Assembly (NCBI GenBank): GCA_965200175.1 | Contig: OZ241345.1 | Span: 2,575,684 to 2,639,683, forward strand | Length of the DNA: 64,000 bases | Source: Pseudomonadales bacterium | Lineage (GTDB): Bacteria; Pseudomonadota; Gammaproteobacteria; Pseudomonadales; Azotimanducaceae | Direction: 5' to 3' | Shown: positions 37,593 to 45,397 of the stretch, piece after piece | How positions within the stretch are numbered: position 1 is the stretch's first letter | How the letters are laid out: every line of letters begins with the position of its first letter | Notes under the pieces: model-generated | The model's input: the letters and a program-made list of their open reading frames with translations, nothing else | The model's database searches: none | What the model was told of the DNA's origin: nothing | Position numbers and translations under genes: made by a program

Positions 37593-39406
37593 GGCGCCTC
37601 CGCGCTGCGCCGCAAAACCATGTACTCCGCAAGACGCTCCTTTTCCTCGGCGGGATCCGCGCGCATCCGCTCCAAAAGCTGGGAGCGGCGACCGCGCTCG
37701 GCCAACGCCCGCAACCGCTCCAGCCCCTCCCGAAACTCGACCGCCAAGCCGTCCGCGTCAAGCATTGACGGGCGCTGATGGAGCCGCAGCATCTCGGCAT
37801 GGCCCTCCTGGCCTGACCAGCGGCCCAGGATTTGGGCGGCATCAGCCTCGGCGTGCGCGGCGGCGTAGCGGACCACCTCGGCAAACAGCGGGCTCTCCTG
37901 CCCATCCGCCAGCAGGTCAACATCGGCTGGAGTGAGTTCGGCGGCCAAGCCGGGCGATTTCAAAAGCAGCGACAGCAGCTGCACCGGCAGCCCATCGCGG
38001 CGCTGCCCTTGACGCCGTCTCCGGTGCGGGGCAAACCCCTCGCGCTCCCCGGCTGAAGGCTGCTCCATGCGAGGGGCAAACCCCTCGCGCTCCCCGGCTG
38101 AAGGCTCCAGTCGGGCCAGGGCTTGAACGGAGCCCGCATCCGCCCCGCCAACGCCGGTGAGCTCCTGCAGCCGGGCGCCCATCATCTGCCGCAACGGGCT
38201 GCCGGACGGCGCCCGCTGCACATAGGGGGCGGCTAGGTCGGCGAGCCGGGCGCGGTCGTCCAGGGCGCTCAGGTCGAGCCCCCGGGCCAATTCGGCAAAC
38301 AGATACTCAATGGCGGGGGTCGCCTTGCCGATGCGGCGGCGGAAGTCGTCCGCGCCCTGCCCGCGCACCAAGGTGTCCGGGTCTTCGCCGTCGGGCAGGA
38401 ACATGAACTTCAGCCGCCGTCCCCCATCCAAATGACCGAGCGCACCTTCCAACGCCTTCCAAGCGGCACGGCGCCCGGCGGCGTCGCCGTCAAAGCAGCA
38501 GATCACCTCGTCGGCATAGCGGTAGAGCTTGCGGTAGTGCTCCTCGCCCGTGGCGGTGCCCAAGGTGGCGACGACGTTGCGGATGCCGACCTGGGCCAAG
38601 GCGATGACGTCCAGATAGCCTTCCACCACAATCAGCGAATCGAGCTGACGCGAGAACTTGCGCGCTTCAAAGAGCCCGTAAAGCTCAAGGCTTTTGCGGA
38701 ACAGGGGCGTTTCCGGCGAGTTCAGGTACTTCGGCCCCTGGCCGTCGCCCAGCAGGCGGCCACCGAAGGCGATGACCCGGCCGCGCCCATCGCGCACCGG
38801 GAACATGATGCGCCCCCGAAAGCGGTCGTACTCGCGGCCGCGCTCGTTCCTGCCGATCAACCCGGCTTCAAGCAGCACCTTGGACGGTAGGGGACGGACG
38901 CCGCCGGCAAGCGCCTCGAGCAGCCCGTCCCAAGCATCCGGCGCAAAGCCAAGCTTGAACTCCGCGGCGATCTGGCCGGTCAGGCCGCGCCCCTTGAGAT
39001 AGTCGATCGCTTGCGGGGAGGTCTTGAGCTGCGCCTTGTAGAAGCCCTCCGCTGCGCTCATGGCCTCGAACAGCGGCGCCAGGTCGCGGGCCGGCGACTT
39101 AGACTGCGCGCGCGGCACCTCCATGCCCACGGAAGCCGCCAAGGACTCCACCGCCTCGGTGAACGAAAGCCCCTCGAACTCCTCAAGGAACTTGATGGCG
39201 TCGCCGCCCGCCCCGCAGCCGAAGCAGTAGTACATGTTCTTGGCTGGGCTGACGGTGAACGAAGGGGTCTTTTCGTCGTGGAAGGGGCACAGCCCTTGCA
39301 AGTCCTTCCCGCCCTTTTTGAGCGCCACGCGGCTGCCGATGACCGCCGCGATATCGACCCGATCCTGAAGCTCGTTGATGAAGGTCTTGGGAATCGAGTT
39401 GGCCAT
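37589..39406 (-). CDS. dnaG: DNA primase
   Basis: Zn-ribbon CPFHDEKTPSFTVSPAKNMYYCFGCGAGGD, a TOPRIM domain (VVEGYLDVIAL) and a C-terminal helicase-interaction region. Confidence 0.95.
   Translation of the reverse strand: MANSIPKTFINELQDRVDIAAVIGSRVALKKGGKDLQGLCPFHDEKTPSFTVSPAKNMYYCFGCGAGGDAIKFLEEFEGLSFTEAVESLAASVGMEVPRAQSKSPARDLAPLFEAMSAAEGFYKAQLKTSPQAIDYLKGRGLTGQIAAEFKLGFAPDAWDGLLEALAGGVRPLPSKVLLEAGLIGRNERGREYDRFRGRIMFPVRDGRGRVIAFGGRLLGDGQGPKYLNSPETPLFRKSLELYGLFEARKFSRQLDSLIVVEGYLDVIALAQVGIRNVVATLGTATGEEHYRKLYRYADEVICCFDGDAAGRRAAWKALEGALGHLDGGRRLKFMFLPDGEDPDTLVRGQGADDFRRRIGKATPAIEYLFAELARGLDLSALDDRARLADLAAPYVQRAPSGSPLRQMMGARLQELTGVGGADAGSVQALARLEPSAGEREGFAPRMEQPSAGEREGFAPHRRRRQGQRRDGLPVQLLSLLLKSPGLAAELTPADVDLLADGQESPLFAEVVRYAAAHAEADAAQILGRWSGQEGHAEMLRLHQRPSMLDADGLAVEFREGLERLRALAERGRRSQLLERMRADPAEEKERLAEYMVLRRSAEAP
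38033..38115. repeat. Family B palindromic repeat, 2 tandem copies (45-bp period) inside the dnaG coding sequence
   Basis: The minus strand reads CAGCCGGGGAGCGCGAGGGGTTTGCCCCTCGCATGGA twice. It translates in frame as PSAGEREGFAPRMEQ / PSAGEREGFAPHRRR. Confidence 0.85.
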
Positions 39407-39437
39407 GGCCCAAAGGTTAGCACCGATTCAGACGGCC

Positions 39438-39525
39438 CGCGCGACCTGTCGGTCGCGTTTGTGGTTTCGCCAACGCGAAACTAGGCACCGGTTGCGCGAG
39501 TCAGATTCCGAAATGTCTCCTCAGC
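39438..39525. repeat. Family A palindromic element (diverged)
   Basis: CGCGACC-TGTC-GGTCGCG, TGGTTTCGC-CAAC-GCGAAACTA, GTCAGATTCCGAAATGTCTCCTCAGC. Confidence 0.75.
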
Positions 39526-39547
39526 CCGCACAGGCGCCCACTCGCGG

Positions 39548-40560
39548 CTACGAGTCGAGCAGCCAAGCGAGCAGGGCGGTCGGCACCGCAGCGACTTCAG
39601 GGTCGGATAGGTCTGATTCAGACCGAGTGGCCACCACGCCCTGCCAGCGGGACGCCTTCAGGGTCAGGGCCTCGCGCCGCCAGCCGCCATCGACGTACTT
39701 GGACTCAAAGGCGGCGCCGCCGAACTGCGGGCCGACGAAGTCGATCTCCTTGCGCGATGCGGTGCGGTGATGCAGCACCTGGTCGTGTCCCACCAGCGTC
39801 CCCGGCGCGTCGCGCTCGATCGCACGGAGCAGCGCCAAGCCAAGCTGCTGTTGCGAAAGCCGCGAGAAATCGAGGTGCGTCCTAGGCGCAACGCGCTCGG
39901 AATCCAGGGTCAGATTGGCGTAGATGGGATCCATGAAGTAGAGCTTCGGTTGTGCGCCAAGTTTCGGTCTCAGGTTGTCCTCACGGTAGCAGGGCCAAAC
40001 GACGAATGCCTCACGCAGTTCGTCAAGGCGCCGCTTCAGAGTCGCTTGAGCAACGCCGGTGTCGTTGGCAAGGGATGCGATGTTGAGGGGCGAACAGACA
40101 TTCGCGGACAGTCGCCGCAGCAGGTCCGTGCTTTGCGTTTGGGACCAGTCCGCGCGACGGAAGGCGTCGCCGTGGATGACATCCACCAGACTCCGGCGCA
40201 GCGCCGACGGTTCCGAACGGGTGGCGACGTGTTGCGCGACCGCAGCAGGGAACCCACCGCAGCCGAGATAAGTCTCCCATGCACGGATCAACAGATCCTG
40301 CCATGGCGCAAGCTCGGGCAGGACTTGCCTGAGTTCGCCGTGCGTGAGATCCGCAACGCGATAAGGCTTGAGCGCAGGATGTAGAGCCCCCCTGGAATGA
40401 GATCGGCAAGCACATCGGCTTGATATCGGAACGGTGCGCGTTCCATTTCCCGCAGGTCCGGATCCCTTGCGGTCCAGCCTTCGGGGTCGCGCCACCAACG
40501 GTTGATCGCCGCCAGCGTCTGCTGTGCCTCTCCGCGCTTCATGGCTGTGACACTGCCCAA
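39548..40560 (-). pseudogene. Decayed COG1373-type ATPase gene (AAA plus DUF4143-like); P-loop region deleted and frameshifted
   Basis: The N-terminal piece (INRWWRDPEGW...LIPGGLYILR) stops where GPRRVGK would normally follow. The C-terminal piece (LKPYRVADLTHGEL...KLYFMDPIY...) continues in another frame. The combined length is about 70 codons too short. Confidence 0.6.
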
Positions 40561-40837
40561 AAGAGGAACACTTTACGCCAAGTGTGGTGGAAAATGCATA
40601 CCTAATCCGCCAGATGTTGAGGATTTTGCATGATTTGGAAGTAGGAGGCGCTACGGATGCGTCGGGCCGCAAACGGAAGGATCGAACCCCACCCATCAAA
40701 GGGGCCAATCCCGAGCCTTGGACTGCGTCGCGGTTGCCCATCGACAGCTTGATGGCCAGCGTGGCTTGGACCCGCGAGCGATCCCAAGCATGGTAGATTA
40801 GGCCGCATCGTCAACGGCGTTCGCAACGGGAGGCGCA

Positions 40838-41431
40838 GTGTCAAGCCAAGACCACGAACAGGTGTCCATCTATCCCTTCTCCGAGGCGCAGCGCGAGGAG
40901 CTGCTCAGCAAGGCGAGGGAGTGCGTCTTCAACTGGACCACCAAGGACGGCTGGGCGGTCGGCGTGGTGCATGCCTTCGTATGGCACCAGGGCCGGGCCT
41001 GGATCACCTGCGGCGTCCACCGCCACCGGGTTTCCGCCATCCGCCGCGACCCGCGCTGCTCCGTGGTGGTCAGCGGCATCGCCGCCCCGGACGGCCCGAA
41101 CGGGGCCATCACCATCAAGGGGCGGGCCATCATCCACGACGATGCGCAGACCAAGCAGTGGTTCTACCCGGCGCTTGCCCGCGGCCCCTACGGGCGTCTC
41201 GGCGGCACGTTGAGCGCCGAGGAGGAGGCGCAAGCCGAGGCCTTTGCAAGGCGCTTGGACTCACCGCTGCGCGTGATCCTCGAAATCGTGCCGGAAAAGT
41301 GGATCACCTTGGACAGCGACAAGATGGCCAAGGACACCGCGGGGCAGCTCACTGACGAGGAGCGGGGGCCGCCGCTTGAAGCCGATTCGGTGCGCATGCC
41401 TGCGGAGCTCAAGCGCCGGGGCCTCGAGTAG
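40838..41431 (+). CDS. Pyridoxamine 5'-phosphate oxidase (PPOX) family flavin/deazaflavin-binding protein
   Basis: Split-barrel pattern (ARECVFNWTTKDGWAVGVVHAF...RVSAIRRDPRCSVVV...ITIKGRA). Confidence 0.6.
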   Translation: MSSQDHEQVSIYPFSEAQREELLSKARECVFNWTTKDGWAVGVVHAFVWHQGRAWITCGVHRHRVSAIRRDPRCSVVVSGIAAPDGPNGAITIKGRAIIHDDAQTKQWFYPALARGPYGRLGGTLSAEEEAQAEAFARRLDSPLRVILEIVPEKWITLDSDKMAKDTAGQLTDEERGPPLEADSVRMPAELKRRGLE

Positions 41432-41469
41432 CCGCCGGGGGCCGGAAACCGCGCCAGGCAGCGCATTCC

Positions 41470-42393
41470 ATGACCAACCGCATCCTGCTCACCGGCGCCA
41501 ACGGGCACCTCGGGCGATTGGTGATCCGTGCCGTGGCCGACGATGCCGACGCCCTCCCGGTTCGGGCCGTCGTCCGCTCCGAGAACGCCGCCCGAAGCCT
41601 CGACGACCTGCCGTCGCCGGAACGGCGCGAGGTCCGCATCATCGACTACCGGGACCGCACCGGCTTGGAGGCGGCGGCCCAAGGATGCGACGCCGCCATC
41701 CACCTCGTGGGCATCCTTAAAGCAACCCGGGCCAACCGCTACGAGAGTGCCCACGAGCAGCCGGCCGAGGCGCTCTCGGCGGCCTGCTCGGCGGCTGGGG
41801 TGGGGCGCATCGTCCACACCAGCATCCACGGCGCCGATCCCGCCTCCGGCAACGGCTGCCTGGCGTCGCGCGGACGCACCGACGACATTCTCCTGGCGTC
41901 GCCCGTGCCAGCGGTGATCCTACGCGTGCCGATGGTGCTGGGGCCAAGCGACATCGCCGCCGAAGCGTTGCGGCGCCAAGCCACGTCGGGTCGCGCGCGG
42001 CTGGTGCGTGGCGGCGCGGCCCTGCAGCAGCCCATCGCCGCCGCCGACGTGGTGGCGGCGCTGCTGGCCGCATGCCGTCCCGGCGCTCCCGCCGATGTCG
42101 TGTTGGAGCTGGCCGGCCCGGAGTCCCTGACCCACCGGGCGCTGGTCGAGCGCACCGCCCGCGTTCTCGGTCGCGAGGTCGCCTTCGCCAGCACCCCGAT
42201 GTTCGCCGCGCACGCCTTCGCTTGGCTCGCCGAGACGCTGTCCGCTGATCCGCCGCTCACCCGCGACATGCTCGAAGTGCTGGAGCAGGACGACGCGGTC
42301 GATCCCGAACCGGCAAGGCGGGCGCTTGGCATCGAACTCACTCCGCTGGACCGCGCTCTGCGCACCGCCTTCAACACGGAAGCCGCCCCATGA
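41470..42393 (+). CDS. NAD(P)-binding atypical SDR / NmrA-like protein
   Basis: N-terminal ILLTGANGHLG Rossmann motif. Confidence 0.75.
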   Translation: MTNRILLTGANGHLGRLVIRAVADDADALPVRAVVRSENAARSLDDLPSPERREVRIIDYRDRTGLEAAAQGCDAAIHLVGILKATRANRYESAHEQPAEALSAACSAAGVGRIVHTSIHGADPASGNGCLASRGRTDDILLASPVPAVILRVPMVLGPSDIAAEALRRQATSGRARLVRGGAALQQPIAAADVVAALLAACRPGAPADVVLELAGPESLTHRALVERTARVLGREVAFASTPMFAAHAFAWLAETLSADPPLTRDMLEVLEQDDAVDPEPARRALGIELTPLDRALRTAFNTEAAP

Positions 42394-43349
42394 CCGCCAC
42401 GACTCCCAACGACCGGCCCGCACCGCCCATTTGGCAGCGGGCGCTGCCTTGGCTGATCACGCTGGCCTGCTTCGCATGGCTCTACACCCGCATCGAGGGC
42501 GCCGCCGCCCGCCAAGGCCTGACGGCGGCGAGCTACCTGCTTGAGGTCTTCGCCAGCGTCTCCTGGGGAAGCTGGCTGGCGCTGATGATCCCCTACTCCG
42601 CCTTCTTCTTCCTGATCGACTCCACCGTGGTGTGGCGGGTGGTGTCCTGGTTCAACGCCCGGGTGCCCTGGACCGGCATCCTGCCCATTCGCGCCAGCGC
42701 CTACATCATCTCCATCGTCAACGAGCAGGTGGGCAAGGGCGCGATGGCGCTCTACCTGAACCGCCGGGACGGCGTTCCCGGCTGGGAGGTGGGCTCATCA
42801 ATGCTCTTCATCATGTTCTGCGAGCTGCTCTACCTCACCTTCTGGGCCAACGTCGGCTACGCGATGGCCGCCGACACCCTGCCCGCCCAGTTTGCCCTGG
42901 TGCCTTGGATCGGGGCCGGCGTGCTTGCGCTCTTCCTGCTCTGGGTGGCCTTCTTCCGGGGCCTCATCCCGGTGGGCGCAGCGCTGCGCGAACGGGCCAT
43001 CCTCAAGGCGTTCCGCGAAGCCTCGCCGCTGCGCTACCTCATCATCGGCGCCATCCGCTCCCCGGCCCTGCTCGGCGCGGTGGTGGTTTACACCTTGGCG
43101 CTGCGCCTGTTCGGCGTGGAAGCCTCGTTCCTGGACATGCTGGGCGTGCTGCCGGTGATCTTCTTCGCCGCGGCCATCCCCACCCCCATGCGCGCCGCCG
43201 CCATCACCATCTGGGTGGTGCTGTTCCCCGACAACGAAGCCCAGCTCTCGGCCTTCGGCCTGGTGATGCACAACTTCTTCATCTTCTTCAACGCGGCCAT
43301 CGGCCTGCTGTTCCTGCGGCGGGCGAATCGGGAGTTGGGGTTGGCGTAA
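42390..43349 (+). CDS. Flippase-like (UPF0104 / lysyl-PG synthase TM-region-like) membrane protein
   Basis: 319 aa with about 8 TM segments. The start overlaps the upstream stop (ATGA). Confidence 0.65.
   Translation: MTATTPNDRPAPPIWQRALPWLITLACFAWLYTRIEGAAARQGLTAASYLLEVFASVSWGSWLALMIPYSAFFFLIDSTVVWRVVSWFNARVPWTGILPIRASAYIISIVNEQVGKGAMALYLNRRDGVPGWEVGSSMLFIMFCELLYLTFWANVGYAMAADTLPAQFALVPWIGAGVLALFLLWVAFFRGLIPVGAALRERAILKAFREASPLRYLIIGAIRSPALLGAVVVYTLALRLFGVEASFLDMLGVLPVIFFAAAIPTPMRAAAITIWVVLFPDNEAQLSAFGLVMHNFFIFFNAAIGLLFLRRANRELGLA
43278..43349 (+). repeat. Direct repeat, left copy (the functional 3' end of the flippase-like gene)
   Basis: TTCATCTTCTTCAACGCGGCCATCGGCCTGCTGTTCCTGCGGCGGGCGAATCGGGAGTTGGGGTTGGCGTAA. 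By eye it differs from the copy at 46129-46200 only at a minority of positions. Confidence 0.85.
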
Positions 43350-43387
43350 AGGCGACCCCGGCAGTCTGTATGAACTGAGCCACCCCA

Positions 43388-43471
43388 GCCAGAGTCACAG
43401 CCAGAGTCGCAGCCAGAATCGCAGCCAGAGTCGCGGCCAGAGATGCGGCCAGAGATGCGGCCAGAGTCGCT
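43388..43471. repeat. 12-bp tandem repeat, 7 copies
   Basis: GCCAGAGTCACA GCCAGAGTCGCA GCCAGAATCGCA GCCAGAGTCGCG GCCAGAGATGCG GCCAGAGATGCG GCCAGAGTCGCT. Confidence 0.9.
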
Positions 43472-43491
43472 GGCGACCAGATCGTTCCGGT

Positions 43492-43821
43492 ATGACACTT
43501 ACGCTTGTGATCTCAAGCACGCATATTGGACGAACGATCACGACGGACTTCAGAAAGTTGAAATCCCGTTTGAGCGAGTACATCCGAATGGTGCGCGAAG
43601 GAACCAAATCGAAGGTCACATTTAATGGCGAGACCGGGGCGGAGAATCGCCCTCCTACGCTTCTAGCAGACCATCACATTGATCACGAGTTGAAGCTTCA
43701 GACGCAAGCTGGGAAAGTGCGTCTTGGTGCATGGAATCAACCGGAGGTGTACACCATCACCTCCGTGCAACTACCAGAAGGCGCCGCACCAACTCTGCTC
43801 AGTGAATCCAGGGGCGAGTGA
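43492..43821 (+). CDS. Phd/YefM/VapB-type antitoxin-like protein with no cognate toxin gene
   Basis: ITTDFRKLKSRLSEYIRMVREG...KVTFNGE resembles a Phd/YefM N-terminus. The C-terminal QAGKVRLG...LPEGAAPTLLSESRGE resembles the VapC-binding tail. The downstream space is taken by the convergent ImmA gene. Confidence 0.45.
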   Translation: MTLTLVISSTHIGRTITTDFRKLKSRLSEYIRMVREGTKSKVTFNGETGAENRPPTLLADHHIDHELKLQTQAGKVRLGAWNQPEVYTITSVQLPEGAAPTLLSESRGE

Positions 43822-44589
43822 CTAGGCTTCTAGGGCTATTCGCCGTTGTGCCTCTATTTGCTGCTGGTCGACATCGTCGATCAAGGCCAAGTTCCTCAAG
43901 TGCCGAAGGGTGGCCTCAAAGCCGGTATGTAATCGGCGCGCCACACGGTCCACTCCTTCTTCGGTTGCCAGAGAGCAATCCAACTCCACAACGCTTTGTT
44001 GAATAAGCGGTTCGGGCATAAGAAGCATCGCCGCAAAGGCATTCGCGCGCCTCTCGATACCGGCTGGCGCCCAAGGTCCACTGGCGATGGCCAAACGGCG
44101 GCCAACTTCACGGTCGTAAAGGACATGGCAGAGTTCATGCGCCAGGGTGAATCGACGCCCTTGCGAAGTCCCATTGAATAGATTGCCGCGATTCCACGCA
44201 ATTCCCGGTCTGTGCCCGGGTCCCGCAATTGCAACGCCCCTAACACTGGCGTCAGTCAACCACACTTCTTTGACTTCTATGCCCAATCGTTCAAGGAGGC
44301 CATCCACATCAACATACCTGCCGGTCAGGAAACGACCATCGAGTTGGTCATGAAGACGGTCAGCAAGATCGTATCCCTGTGACCAAGGAGCCAATGTCGC
44401 GATCATCGGCTCCGGGCGATCGTCTATCGTAGCCAACTCTGCGCTTGAACGATCCCCAGTCAGGCCGACAATAAGATTACAGAGCGTCACGATATCCTCG
44501 CTGGTCACCCGGGGAGCCAAGGAGCCAAACATCAGGGCCGCATGGCAGGAACCCTCAACGACCAGACTCGGATCGCCTTCATGGGCCAA
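43822..44589 (-). CDS. ImmA/IrrE family zinc metallopeptidase (COG2856-like)
   Basis: HEXXH motif FTLAHELCHVLYD plus the downstream ERRANAFAAMLLMP. The start is only a TTG, and the N-terminus may be truncated. Confidence 0.75.
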   Translation of the reverse strand: MAHEGDPSLVVEGSCHAALMFGSLAPRVTSEDIVTLCNLIVGLTGDRSSAELATIDDRPEPMIATLAPWSQGYDLADRLHDQLDGRFLTGRYVDVDGLLERLGIEVKEVWLTDASVRGVAIAGPGHRPGIAWNRGNLFNGTSQGRRFTLAHELCHVLYDREVGRRLAIASGPWAPAGIERRANAFAAMLLMPEPLIQQSVVELDCSLATEEGVDRVARRLHTGFEATLRHLRNLALIDDVDQQQIEAQRRIALEA

Positions 44590-44691
44590 CAGCTCTTCCT
44601 GCTACTCCATCGACAAGTTGCTTGAGATGCACTTGCGAACTCGCCGCCACCCGCCTCGGACGGTTTGGACATCAACGCCCAGCCGCGCCAG

Positions 44692-45387
44692 TCACATGTG
44701 CAGTTCGTGATTTCGCGGCCTGCGCAATCGGCCAATCGCCTGCGAGAGTTTGCGTATTCGACCGGAATCTGGCGCAACGGAAGTAAGATACTCAGAAGCC
44801 CCTTGAAGTATCTGATAGAGGGGCTCTGCAACAACCCGCGGACTTAGGGTTTCTGAGCTTGGTTGAGAAATATCGAAAACAACATGGTCCGGCGCACCGG
44901 CCACTTGCCCAGGACCCCACGACACTTCAATGGCATCACGAAGCCGACGAAACACAATATCCGGAAACACACCACCCTCGCGGGCAGCGCATAGAGCGTG
45001 GCGCGACCACCAATGCTGCCACGCGGCTTCTCGGCCATCCTCCTCTGACTCATCAATCGCGAACGGCGGAACAGGGTCGTTACGAAGTGCGCGCCAACCC
45101 GTGTCCTCTAGGCTGCGGCAAGGCAGGCGCTCCTCATGCAATAGGGGATCCCAATTCTGGGTAAACCACTCCAACAAGGGAAGCAGATACCAGTAAACGT
45201 GATCAACCCGCTCCGATTGCTCAAGGTGTGCGCAGAGGTTGACGCCACGAACCCAGATCTGAAAGCCGCCCCAAGAAATGGACTGCTCTGAGTCCGCGGC
45301 CTCACCACCATCGGGATCATCCAGAAACGCTATCCTTACTGCGAAACGGCTAGTGTCCCCAGCAAGACGTTCCCAACGAATCGCCAT
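44692..45387 (-). CDS. Hypothetical Trp-rich protein, unknown family
   Basis: ATG at 45387, 231 aa (MAIRWERLAGDTSRF...WYLLPLLEWFTQNWDPLL...). Starts 11 nt after the upstream small ORF. Confidence 0.55.
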   Translation of the reverse strand: MAIRWERLAGDTSRFAVRIAFLDDPDGGEAADSEQSISWGGFQIWVRGVNLCAHLEQSERVDHVYWYLLPLLEWFTQNWDPLLHEERLPCRSLEDTGWRALRNDPVPPFAIDESEEDGREAAWQHWWSRHALCAAREGGVFPDIVFRRLRDAIEVSWGPGQVAGAPDHVVFDISQPSSETLSPRVVAEPLYQILQGASEYLTSVAPDSGRIRKLSQAIGRLRRPRNHELHM

Positions 45388-45397
45388 CGAAAAACCC

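Noticed and set aside
40660-40760. tRNA or tmRNA-like fragment: the minus strand contains GGTTCGATCC, a T-loop-like string, near the edge of the accessory patch
   Set aside because: The flanking bases give only a weak T-stem with G-U pairs and a mismatch. No acceptor stem, CCA context or anticodon arm could be built by hand. It could at most be a degraded att remnant and is not reportable as a tRNA.
43088-43498. 136-aa minus-strand ORF translating the 12-bp repeat as (SG[RC][ID])n
   Set aside because: It overlaps the 3' end of the well-supported flippase-like gene on the opposite strand. It is created by the microsatellite and has no start context.
44692-44694. TGA between the Trp-rich ORF and the ImmA frame as a second selenocysteine or programmed read-through site
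   Set aside because: A second in-frame stop (TAG) follows about 29 codons later. I found no SECIS-like hairpin after the TGA. Decay or separate genes is the simpler explanation.
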